Notes: generated by a model from the letters alone, not told the origin. DNA of 64,000 nucleotides from a bacterium (GCA_017396695.1 JAFQLC010000002.1:8534-72533); one strand, 5' to 3'; counted from the first letter of the stretch, positions 28,875 to 37,849 are shown. A program made the numbers and translations.

Positions 28875-28905
28875 AAAAAAAAGACCTCGTAGAGAGGTCT
28901 TTTTT
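28875..28905 (-). terminator. Rho-independent (bidirectional-type) terminator after the CHAP-domain gene
   Basis: A7-AGACCTC-gtaga-GAGGTCT-T5, directly 3' of the stop at 28909. Confidence 0.8.
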
Positions 28906-28908
28906 AAA

Positions 28909-30789
28909 TTATTTTCTGATTGAGCAATATGTTAATCTTGAGTCATTCAAATCATAATATCTTTTTGCAACTTGGTTTGAAGTGTTACCTTCAATTACAA
29001 CTGCTTTGCTGTTTTCAATTCCGCAGAAGATACCGATGTGGTCTTTATCGCCACCATTGTTTTCCCAATCAAAGAGCACAATGTCACCTTTTTGCGCTTC
29101 GCCGCCAGAAATAATTGCATTATTTTGTGATGCTGCTGCGTATATATTTGGACAATACCATTGGTTTTGAATGCTTGTGTACCAATCTGGAAGTTTATCT
29201 GCACTTGCGTTATTTTCCATAATATATTCAACATACGCTGCACACCATGGAATTGAAGCAGAGTCCATACCTTTCATAAATTCATCTGCCGAATTGTCGC
29301 CTTCGTTATACCCAAGGAATTTTTCTGCAAATTCAACAATATCATCACCTAAGTCATTAGGGGTGTATTTTTTTGCGTTTTCAGCATTTTTTGCATCTTG
29401 TAATTGAGTGTTTAGTTCTTTTAATTTATCTTCTGAAGCCTGAATTTTTGCTTCAACATCTTTAGTTTTTTCTGCTTTTTTAGCTTCTACATCTGCTTTT
29501 GCTTGTTCCCAAGCTTGCCTTGCATCTTTTACTTCAGGGTGGTCTTTTTCGAACTCATCTTGAAGATCTTTTAATTCTCCATTTAGAGTCTCAAGTTCAG
29601 CTTCAAGATTTGTTTTTTCTTCATTCAAGTCGCCAAGTTTGTCTTCTTCGGCTTGGAGTTTGTCGCTTGCTTCTTTTTCGGCTTGAATTGCTGCTTCCAG
29701 TTCTTGTCTTGCGCCAGCTAACTTTTCGGCTGACTCTTCAGAATCTGAAGCTTCTAATGCGCCAACAAGTGCTTCCAGATTTTCTTTATTTGATGTTGCA
29801 TTTGCAAGCGCTGATTCTGCCGATGCTACTGCGCTTTCTTGGCTTGAGATTTCACTTGCTTTGCTATCGATTTCATTTTGTTTTGAGTCAACTTCGCCTT
29901 TTTTGTCGTTGATTTTTTCTGGTGTAGCCCCGCCAAAGAAGCCTTTTACGCCATCCATTAAGCCTGCGCTTTCACCCATTTGTTTTTGATATTCTTCGTA
30001 TGCTTCTTGCTCTGCTTTTTCTAAGCTAGCAATTTCCGAGTCGCTTCCATCGTTAATTGCAGCGAGTTCTGCTTGATATCCGTCTAATTCGCCTTGAGTT
30101 GTGCTAATTTCTTGTTCAATTTGCTCAACAGACATATTATCCTCAATTGATTTGTCTGCTGGGTTGCTTGCGCCACCAGTTCCGCCTGTGCCCGAACCTC
30201 TGCCAGCACCAGATGCTCCACCAGCTCCCCCTGCACCAGAGGCGCCGCCTGCGCTTGATGGCGAACTAGTTGGTTTGCTTGTTATTTCTTCATTTTGTAT
30301 ATCGCTTTCAATGTCTTCTTCAACATCTGAAGTTTCTTCAGTTTCGCCTAGTTTTGCAATAAAGTCTTTTGCGCTTTGAATGATATCCTTTAAGGAAATA
30401 TTGGTGTCATCTTCGTCTGCGCCACTAACTTCTTTGCAAAAATCTTTGATTTCAGAAATATCAATTGTGCCATCGCCACTTTTATCAAGTGTTTCTTTGA
30501 GTTTATCGTTTGAAATTAATTCGTTTAATGCATCAACAACAACATCTGTGCTGCCGTCTTCATTCACTATTTTATCATCTTTGAATTGCAAACCCTCAAC
30601 TTCTTCGATGTCTTTTTTGGCATCGTCAATCACAAAGTCTGTTTTGCTTCCAATGTAATCTTCGAAGGAATCTATATCGTCAAAAGCGTTTACGTTTTCA
30701 AAATTATCGACATTTTTTGTGCTTTCATCTCCAGTTCCTTTGTTTTTTAAAAACTCTTTGTACCCCGTTTTAATTTTGTCAAATTCCAT
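28909..30789 (-). CDS. orphan protein: acidic N-terminus with an EF-hand loop, Gly/Ala/Ser tract, long coiled coil, C-terminal CHAP (cysteine/histidine amidohydrolase-peptidase) domain
   Basis: CHAP signature IPWCAAYV (Cys516) ... GDIVLFDW ... DHIGIF (His584) ... VIEGNTS. The canonical EF-hand loop DKSGDGTIDISE lies at nt 30451-30486. No signal peptide. Confidence 0.75.
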   Translation of the reverse strand: MEFDKIKTGYKEFLKNKGTGDESTKNVDNFENVNAFDDIDSFEDYIGSKTDFVIDDAKKDIEEVEGLQFKDDKIVNEDGSTDVVVDALNELISNDKLKETLDKSGDGTIDISEIKDFCKEVSGADEDDTNISLKDIIQSAKDFIAKLGETEETSDVEEDIESDIQNEEITSKPTSSPSSAGGASGAGGAGGASGAGRGSGTGGTGGASNPADKSIEDNMSVEQIEQEISTTQGELDGYQAELAAINDGSDSEIASLEKAEQEAYEEYQKQMGESAGLMDGVKGFFGGATPEKINDKKGEVDSKQNEIDSKASEISSQESAVASAESALANATSNKENLEALVGALEASDSEESAEKLAGARQELEAAIQAEKEASDKLQAEEDKLGDLNEEKTNLEAELETLNGELKDLQDEFEKDHPEVKDARQAWEQAKADVEAKKAEKTKDVEAKIQASEDKLKELNTQLQDAKNAENAKKYTPNDLGDDIVEFAEKFLGYNEGDNSADEFMKGMDSASIPWCAAYVEYIMENNASADKLPDWYTSIQNQWYCPNIYAAASQNNAIISGGEAQKGDIVLFDWENNGGDKDHIGIFCGIENSKAVVIEGNTSNQVAKRYYDLNDSRLTYCSIRK

Positions 30790-30880
30790 ATAATCAATCC
30801 TTTTTAATACACCTTTAAAACAACGGCAGATTTTTGTAAATATTTAGCATATATAAATTATATATTTACAAATATTTACA

Positions 30881-30916
30881 ATAAAATACCGCAGAAATAT
30901 AACTGCGGTATTTTTC
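30881..30916 (-). terminator. hairpin terminator after the 906-aa gene
   Basis: TACCGCAG-aaatataa-CTGCGGTA flanked by A/T runs on both sides, 17 nt 3' of the stop at 30933. Confidence 0.65.
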
Positions 30917-30932
30917 TTATATTTCCTATTTA

Positions 30933-33653
30933 TTAGCTTGCTAATCCGTCAATTATTCCTTCGCCTGCAGGTAAATCTTTGTGTTGTTTTATGATGTATG
31001 TTAAATACTCTAGGCTATTTTTTGCTGGTGTAGATTTGCTTTTTTTAAGTTTTATTTTTTCTTTAGGAGTTAATAAAGCGAGATTTTTTCTTTCTTGCAA
31101 GTTTTGTTTGATTGGATATTGACCAAGATTTTTTCCAGCTTTTGCAATCATTCCTGGAAGTTTTTTCATAGCTTCTTTTTCGTCTTCAACGCCGTCAAGT
31201 CTTTTTCCAAGGGTGTTTATAAATGCGTTGATAAATTCTTCCATTGATTGAGTTGCTGATGTTTTAGATTTCATCAAGTTTCCTTGAGTATCAGCAGGAA
31301 TGATATTTAATTTTTGCATTATGCCATCTGTGATAGATAGAATGTTATCATTTGAAACGGCACCAGTGTAAGTTTTATTATCAAAGAATGCGTTTTTGAG
31401 TTCTTCTATAATTTGTTCTTTCGCTTTTCCTTTTGTTAGTCCTTCTGGTAGTGTTGCGCCATCTAAAACAAATTCTGCAATGTTTTCATAGTCTGCATTA
31501 TTTATATAGTTTGAAAGATTTAAAAATCTCATTGCTGTTTGTTGACTTTGCTTAATTGTGTTTCCGGTATCAATGAGGGTGAAGAAATCTTTTTTGCCTG
31601 CTTTAAGTGCTGGAACATCTATAAATATGTTTCCTGGGTGAATATCACCATGAATGATTTTGCCTTCTTTATTTACTTTGCTGAATTGTTCAACCAAGAT
31701 GTCTTGATATGCGCTTAACATTCTTTCCGTTTCTTTTTCACTTAGGTTTCCGAGTCCTAATTTTTCAAGTTCAATGTATTTGTCATATTTTTTAAGTTCA
31801 CTTTCGAGTTCAATAACTCTTTTTTCATAATATTCCAAACTATCGGTTAATGTTTTTTCAAAGCCTTTATATCTTTCATCAGCTAGTTTTGTTTTATAAT
31901 TTTCTATTGTTTCTTTAGCCTCTTTTATTGCATCTGTATATTCGCTTCTTTCTTTAATTTTATTTGTTTTATAATTTTTGAAACGCCAGCTTGAACTTGT
32001 GTATTCAGAAAAATCGCTTAATGTTATTCCGTCTGCTTTTTCCATTACATAAATATTGTTTTTAACCATTACTGGTTTAACTAATTTGGCTTTTTGAGTT
32101 ACTTTTGCAAGTTCTTCTGCTGCTTTCATTTCATTTGTTAAATCAACTTCTTGCATAACTCCATCTGCAATGTTTTCAATATTTTTAATTAAGAATGTTT
32201 TTTCTTGTTCTGTTTTGCCTTCAAGATTTTGTACCATTTTAATAAATTTTTCTTTATCTTTTGCGATTTTATCTGCAGTTATGCCATCTTTTAGCATTTT
32301 GATGCAATATTCTTTTCCATTGCTTTCTACAATATAGCTTTCAGCAACTGTGCCTACCCCAACGCATTTTTTAACTTTGTATTTATCGCCAAAAGTTTTT
32401 GTTATTAATTCTTGCGCCTCGTCAAGCGTTCTTGTTGCTGGACATTCAGTTTTTAGAGCGCGAGCTAATTCATCTGAATTTGAATTGATTTGTTTAAATT
32501 TAACTGCAAAAATATTTTCATCGCTTAATTTTTGTATTTGTTCTGAAACTTGTAAGTTGTCATTATTCATTATGTTTTTTATTGCACTGTTTTCAAACAT
32601 AATCTCTTCTAATTGAGAATATGAACTTTTGCCTGTTGATATTTTTTCAAGTGTTGCGCTTTTAATGTTATCTACTGCTTTATCTATATTTTTTTCAAAA
32701 ATTTTGTTGAATTTTCCTTGTTGAATTGCAGGTATTGCTATTGCAGCTGCCGATGTAATGTGTGTGATTGGTGAATTTTTTAAATTATTAACATAGCCCT
32801 TTAAGCTTTTGTTGCCTTTATCTTCTTTTGAGCCGATAAAATATCTTGAAAGAGAATTGCCTAAAACATATAAAGGTGCACCAATAACACCTAAAACCGA
32901 GATGATTGGTGTCATTAAGCCGTTGATTGCACCTGTTAGCGCATTTCTTCTGTTTGCGCTAGCTTTTTGTTTTTTTGCTTCCTTTTTAACCTTTTTAATT
33001 TCTTCTTTTGTCATTGTTTCTTTGTTTATTTCAGGCTTATATTGTTGTGTTCCAATTCTATTTATTTTAAGTGATAAGCTCTTAATTAGGCTTCCTGCGT
33101 AAACTGCCCCAAGTGTTCCTGCAATAATTGCTGTGTGTCTTTTGTCCATGTGTTTCTTAACGTAATCAGCAAGTGATTTATTTTTGCTAAGAATTGTATC
33201 AATAATCTTTGATACTGATTCTTTATTGTTATTAATTTTTAGATGTTGTGCTGTAAGTTTTTCTATCCCTTGTTTTGTTGTAAAAAACGCTGTAATTGCA
33301 CCTGCGGAAGAAGCTACATCGCCTACTGCTTGTGCTACATTTTCTTGAGATGCGCGATAATTTTCAATTTCTTTTTGAGCTTCTTCTTTTGTAATTTCGT
33401 TACTTTCGGCTTTTTTAACCGTTTCTTCTAGTTTTTTTGAATTGTATCCGATGTTTAATGTGCTTTTAATTTTATCTGCAACTTTTTCAATTAAGCCATT
33501 TTGTTTTTTAGCATTTTTAAGTTGAGTTGATAATTCTAATTTATCTGCCTCGTTGTTGTTTCCTAGTTTTATAGGGGTTGAAACACTATTCTTCTTAACT
33601 TTTAATTCACTATTTGTGTCTAATTGAGCATTAGTTCTAATCGTGTTTTCCAT
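30933..33653 (-). CDS. orphan membrane protein with a C-terminal UbiB/ABC1 (AarF)-type atypical protein-kinase-like domain
   Basis: VGVGTVAESYIVESNGKEYCIKMLKDGI (ATP-binding Lys region), EVDLTNEMKAAEEL, VMEKADGITL, IIHGDIHPGNIFID (nt 31629-31652 encode HGDIHPGN) and FTLIDTGNT follow the ABC1 pattern. Hydrophobic helices lie at about aa 174-190 and 240-268. RBS AAGAGGAG. Confidence 0.7.
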   Translation of the reverse strand: MENTIRTNAQLDTNSELKVKKNSVSTPIKLGNNNEADKLELSTQLKNAKKQNGLIEKVADKIKSTLNIGYNSKKLEETVKKAESNEITKEEAQKEIENYRASQENVAQAVGDVASSAGAITAFFTTKQGIEKLTAQHLKINNNKESVSKIIDTILSKNKSLADYVKKHMDKRHTAIIAGTLGAVYAGSLIKSLSLKINRIGTQQYKPEINKETMTKEEIKKVKKEAKKQKASANRRNALTGAINGLMTPIISVLGVIGAPLYVLGNSLSRYFIGSKEDKGNKSLKGYVNNLKNSPITHITSAAAIAIPAIQQGKFNKIFEKNIDKAVDNIKSATLEKISTGKSSYSQLEEIMFENSAIKNIMNNDNLQVSEQIQKLSDENIFAVKFKQINSNSDELARALKTECPATRTLDEAQELITKTFGDKYKVKKCVGVGTVAESYIVESNGKEYCIKMLKDGITADKIAKDKEKFIKMVQNLEGKTEQEKTFLIKNIENIADGVMQEVDLTNEMKAAEELAKVTQKAKLVKPVMVKNNIYVMEKADGITLSDFSEYTSSSWRFKNYKTNKIKERSEYTDAIKEAKETIENYKTKLADERYKGFEKTLTDSLEYYEKRVIELESELKKYDKYIELEKLGLGNLSEKETERMLSAYQDILVEQFSKVNKEGKIIHGDIHPGNIFIDVPALKAGKKDFFTLIDTGNTIKQSQQTAMRFLNLSNYINNADYENIAEFVLDGATLPEGLTKGKAKEQIIEELKNAFFDNKTYTGAVSNDNILSITDGIMQKLNIIPADTQGNLMKSKTSATQSMEEFINAFINTLGKRLDGVEDEKEAMKKLPGMIAKAGKNLGQYPIKQNLQERKNLALLTPKEKIKLKKSKSTPAKNSLEYLTYIIKQHKDLPAGEGIIDGLAS

Positions 33654-33763
33654 ATTACTCCTCTTAAAATTGCCAAAATTAGCTATATACTAATAAAAAC
33701 AATTGCTTCGGAGTAATTGCATTTTATTCTTTTTGCCACTTAGTAAAACTTTACAAAATAATT

Positions 33764-35131
33764 TTATCTATATTTAATCTTTTTATTGCGCATTTTGTTT
33801 GCAATATCCATCATATTTGGCATTTTGCCATTTTTAAGCCCTGAAAACATACTCATCATCGAACGCATTTCGTTAAATTGACTAATCATTGCGTTAAATT
33901 CTTTAATATCAACACCTGCACCACTTGCTATCCTTTGTTTTCTTGATGCGTTTAATAAATCTGGGTTTTCACGTTCCGCTGGTGTCATAGAAGAAATGAT
34001 AACTTCAAATTTTTTAAAATGTTTTTCACCTTCGTGGCTTATCATTTCTTTGTCTTCTGTTTTCAAACCTTTAATTGGAAGCATATTGAAGATGCCAGAG
34101 AATGAACCAAGCATTTTAAATTGTTTTTGCATTCTTAGAAAATCATTAAAGCTAAATTTGTTTTTTAATATACTTTCTTCAATTTTTTTTGCTTCTTTTA
34201 GGTCGATATTTTCTTTTGCTTTTTCAACAAAAGTAACGATATCGCCCATACCAAGTATTCTTGAGGCAATTCTATCTGGATGAAAATCGTCAAGTGGTTC
34301 AATTTTTTCACCAAGACCAATAAGTTTAATTGGCTTGCCTGTTGCATGAACTATGCTTAGCGCACAACCGCCACGAGTGTCGCCATCAAGTTTTGTTAAA
34401 ATTGTGCCTGTAATTCCAAGTTGTTCATCAAAGTTTTTGGCAACATTTATCGCCTCTTGTCCTGTCATAGAGTCAATTACAAGAAGTTTTTCATCAAGTT
34501 TTACTGAATTTGAGATGAGCATAAGTTCTGCCATCATCTCGTTATCGACCTGTAGTCTTCCTGCAGTATCAATTATAATTGGGTTTGCGCCAATTTCTTT
34601 TGCGTATTCAATACCTCTTTTAACAATATTTAATACATTTTTTTCGTTTTCGTCTTTATAGATATTTGCACCGATTGAGCCTGCAAGTGTTGTAAGTTGA
34701 GTGATTGCGGCTGGTCTATATACGTCTGCTGCAATTAAAAGAGGGTTTTTTCCTTGTTTTTTAAATTTTAGTGCAAGCTTTGCGCTTGAAGTTGTTTTTC
34801 CTGACCCTTGAAGCCCAAGCATCATAATAATTGATGGGTTTGATGTTAAATTTAGGGGTTTATTTTCTTTCCCCAAAAGTTCAACAAGTTTGTCATGCAC
34901 AATCTTAACAAGCATTTCAGAAGGTTTAACAGAGCGAATTATATCAGCTCCAATTGCTTCTTCTCGAACCGATGATATAAACGATTTAACTGTTAACAAG
35001 GAAACATCTGCAGCAAGAAGTGCTCGTCTTATTTCCCTTAGTGCTTCTTGCATGTTATCTTCGCTAAGCGTTGCTTGACCACGAGCTGATGTTATAATGT
35101 CTTGTAGTTTTTCTGATAATTCTTGGAACAT
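33764..35131 (-). CDS. ffh: signal recognition particle protein Ffh
   Basis: GLQGSGKTTSSAKLA, DVYRPAA, DTAGRL and TKLDGDTRGG, plus a Met-rich M domain. Confidence 0.95.
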   Translation of the reverse strand: MFQELSEKLQDIITSARGQATLSEDNMQEALREIRRALLAADVSLLTVKSFISSVREEAIGADIIRSVKPSEMLVKIVHDKLVELLGKENKPLNLTSNPSIIMMLGLQGSGKTTSSAKLALKFKKQGKNPLLIAADVYRPAAITQLTTLAGSIGANIYKDENEKNVLNIVKRGIEYAKEIGANPIIIDTAGRLQVDNEMMAELMLISNSVKLDEKLLVIDSMTGQEAINVAKNFDEQLGITGTILTKLDGDTRGGCALSIVHATGKPIKLIGLGEKIEPLDDFHPDRIASRILGMGDIVTFVEKAKENIDLKEAKKIEESILKNKFSFNDFLRMQKQFKMLGSFSGIFNMLPIKGLKTEDKEMISHEGEKHFKKFEVIISSMTPAERENPDLLNASRKQRIASGAGVDIKEFNAMISQFNEMRSMMSMFSGLKNGKMPNMMDIANKMRNKKIKYR

Positions 35132-35197
35132 ATTTGATATTATACAACAAAATTTTTTACAAATTGACCAATCGGTTATTTGATATATGATAATCGT

Positions 35198-36073
35198 ATG
35201 AAAGAACCATTGGTAAGTGTTATTATGCCTGTTTATAATACTCCTTGTGAGTATTTGGTTGAGGCAGTTCAGAGTATTTTGAATCAGTCATATAAAAATT
35301 TTGAGCTCATTATTATTGATGATGGGTCTGATTCCAAAACAAAAGCGGTTTTGAAATCTTTTAATGATAAAAGAATTGTTCTTTTAGAAAATGAAAAGAA
35401 TAGAGGGCTTGTTTACACGAGAAACCGTGGGCTAGATAACGCTCGTGGTGTGTATATTGCTTGTATGGATTCAGATGACATTGCCTATAAGCATCGCTTT
35501 AGAAAACAAGTTGAGTTTTTGGAAAATAACCCTGAAATTGGCGTTTTAGGTACTGCTTTTTCGTTTTTTCAAAAGCGCGAAGAAGATATTTTCCAACCAA
35601 CGGATGATGAAAATATCAGGAAATTGATAATATCGGCCATTTCACCTCTTGCAAACCCAACTGTTATGATGAGAGCAAGTGCAATTCAGAGTGTTCGCTA
35701 CAATACCGATTACCCATTTGCTGAAGACTTGGCTTTTTGGGTTGAGCTTTTAGATAAAACAAAATTCGCTAATCTTTCTGAAATTTTACTTAAATATCGT
35801 TGGTTCGGTGGCAATGTTTCAAAAAAACACACGGTTTTGCAAAGTTTAGATACGCAAAAATTAATGTTTTTAAATTTAAAAAGATTTTGTGATTTGGATA
35901 CTCAAAAGCAACTTGCCATAATTGAAAAAATTAAAGCTGGGGAATCTATAACTGGCAAAGAATTCAAACTCTTGTTTGAATTTTCATCTCAATATGAGCT
36001 TAATCGTCAATTTGTTAGAACAGCTAGAAAACATTGCTCTAATTTGTTTGTTAAAATTGGGCTAATTTCTTAA
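35198..36073 (+). CDS. family 2 glycosyltransferase
   Basis: VSVIMPVYNTPCEYLVEAVQSILNQSYKNFELIIIDDGSD ... MDSDDIA is a typical GT2 N-terminus. ATG at 35198 is preferred over the listed TTG at 35180. Confidence 0.8.
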   Translation: MKEPLVSVIMPVYNTPCEYLVEAVQSILNQSYKNFELIIIDDGSDSKTKAVLKSFNDKRIVLLENEKNRGLVYTRNRGLDNARGVYIACMDSDDIAYKHRFRKQVEFLENNPEIGVLGTAFSFFQKREEDIFQPTDDENIRKLIISAISPLANPTVMMRASAIQSVRYNTDYPFAEDLAFWVELLDKTKFANLSEILLKYRWFGGNVSKKHTVLQSLDTQKLMFLNLKRFCDLDTQKQLAIIEKIKAGESITGKEFKLLFEFSSQYELNRQFVRTARKHCSNLFVKIGLIS

Positions 36074-36136
36074 TTTTATACCTTAAATTTCATTTTATAG
36101 TATAATAACTTCTAGATATTTAGTCCTAGGGTTTTT

Positions 36137-37054
36137 ATGAGTGAAAAGAAAACAATTTTAATTACTGGCGGTGCTGGATTTATTGGTTCACATTGTGCAG
36201 AATTGTTTTTAGAATACAACTATAATGTTATTATTGCCGACAATCTTTCAACAGGAAATGTTGAGAATGCTAATATTGCCACTAAATTTTATAATATTGA
36301 TATTAACTCCAAAGATTTTGAATTAATTTTTAAAGAAAATAAAATTGATTATGTTTTGCACCTTGCTGCTCAAGCAAGTGTTGGTTTTTCAACAAGAGAA
36401 CCAGTTACAGATGCGCAAGAAAACATTTTAGGAAGTGTTAATGTTTTTTCTTTATGTAAAAAATATGCTGTTAAAAAAGTAATTGTGGCTTCAACTGCTG
36501 CTGTTTATGGCACACCTCAGTATTTGCCAGTTGATGAGGCTCATAGCACTAAATTCTTGTCATTTTATGGGCTTTCAAAGTACACAATGGAGCAATATCT
36601 TAAATTATTTGAAATCGATTATATTATTTTTAGATTTGCAAATGTATATGGCGAAAGACAAAATTCAAAAGGCGAAGCAGGTGTTGTTGCAATATTTGCC
36701 GATAAAATGTGCAATAATGAAGACGTAACAATTACAGGAGATGGAGAACAAACACGAGACTTTGTTTATGTTAAAGATATTGCACGAGTTTGTTTGCTTG
36801 GTTTTGAATCAGATGTTAAAAACGAACTTATAAATGTTTCAACAAACACAGGAATCTCTGTTAATGATTTATTTTTCAAGATGGCAGATGTTTTAAGTTA
36901 TTCAAAAAAACCGCTTTATGTTCCTGATAGATGTGGGGATATTAAACACAGTATTTTAAATAATGAAAAATGTGCCAAATTGCTTGAGTTTATACCTCAG
37001 ACTTCTTTAAATGACGGAATTGAAGCTCTTCTAAAATGGAGAATGTCAAAATGA
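36137..37054 (+). CDS. NAD-dependent sugar-nucleotide 4-epimerase/dehydratase (GalE-like SDR)
   Basis: ILITGGAGFIGSH Rossmann motif, the STAAVYG serine and the YGLSKYTMEQY YxxxK catalytic motif. 305 aa. Confidence 0.8.
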   Translation: MSEKKTILITGGAGFIGSHCAELFLEYNYNVIIADNLSTGNVENANIATKFYNIDINSKDFELIFKENKIDYVLHLAAQASVGFSTREPVTDAQENILGSVNVFSLCKKYAVKKVIVASTAAVYGTPQYLPVDEAHSTKFLSFYGLSKYTMEQYLKLFEIDYIIFRFANVYGERQNSKGEAGVVAIFADKMCNNEDVTITGDGEQTRDFVYVKDIARVCLLGFESDVKNELINVSTNTGISVNDLFFKMADVLSYSKKPLYVPDRCGDIKHSILNNEKCAKLLEFIPQTSLNDGIEALLKWRMSK

Positions 37055-37842
37055 AAGTAGCTGTTTTTTATATTGCAACCGGAAGATACATAACTTTTTT
37101 TGAAGGTTTGTATAATTCTGCAAAAAAATATTTTTTAAATGGACATGATAAAACTTTTTTCGTGTTTACTGACAATAATGAATTTCCATGTTCTGATAAT
37201 GACGATGTGGTTGTTATTCCGCAAGAACATTTACCTTGGCCTTATAGCACTCTTTTAAGATACGATATGTTTTTAAAAGTTGAAGAGCAGCTTAAAGATT
37301 ATGATTTTTGTTATTATATAAACGCAAATTGTGAATTTAAAAAAGAAGTTGGTGAAGAAATTTTCCCAACTGAAAAACAGGGTCTTGTTGCAACTATCTG
37401 GGCTGATCAATATTATGAAGAACCAGATAACTACCCTTATTGCAGGAATGAAAAGTCTAATGCCTATGTTCCTTATGGCGTTGGAAAAAATTATTATATG
37501 GGCGGTTTTAATGGCGGCAGGGTAAAAGATTTTATCGAAATGTCAAAAGAAATTTCACGAATGACCGCAGAAGATATTAAAAACGACCAAATACCAGAAT
37601 TTCATGACCAATCCATGATAAATAAGTATTTATTGAACAGAGATATTTTGGTTCTTGAGCCTAATTATTGTTATCCTGCAAAATGGAAAATTAAACCATT
37701 TTGCAATGATGTAAAACTTGAAATCGTTAAAAAACATCACTATAAATATGGCGGGCACGCTTATTTGAGGGGTGAAACTGATAAAAAAATCACGCCAATT
37801 AAATATTTTTTAAACAAGCTTTTTAAATTGAATTTGAAATAG
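37051..37842 (+). CDS. family 6 glycosyltransferase (ABO/alpha-1,3-Gal(NAc) transferase-like), bacterial NxN type
   Basis: FYIATGRYITFFEGLYNSAKKYF, LPWPYSTLLRYDMF, YYINANCEF (NAN at 37321-37329 in place of the eukaryotic DxD), GGFNGG and EFHDQSMINKYLL parallel mammalian GT6 blocks (VGRYIEHYLEEFL, PWQDVSMMRM, DVD, WHDESHLNKYFL). The start at 37051 has an ATGA overlap with the epimerase stop and GGAGAA upstream. Confidence 0.75.
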   Translation: MKVAVFYIATGRYITFFEGLYNSAKKYFLNGHDKTFFVFTDNNEFPCSDNDDVVVIPQEHLPWPYSTLLRYDMFLKVEEQLKDYDFCYYINANCEFKKEVGEEIFPTEKQGLVATIWADQYYEEPDNYPYCRNEKSNAYVPYGVGKNYYMGGFNGGRVKDFIEMSKEISRMTAEDIKNDQIPEFHDQSMINKYLLNRDILVLEPNYCYPAKWKIKPFCNDVKLEIVKKHHYKYGGHAYLRGETDKKITPIKYFLNKLFKLNLK

Positions 37843-37849
37843 AGGTTAT

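Noticed and set aside
29499-30658. Plus-strand ORFs 29499..29912, 30101..30379 and 30380..30658, antisense to the CHAP-protein gene
   Set aside because: They are Leu/Ser/Pro-rich shadow frames of a coiled-coil/low-complexity gene. The sense ORF has a recognisable CHAP domain, an RBS and a terminator.
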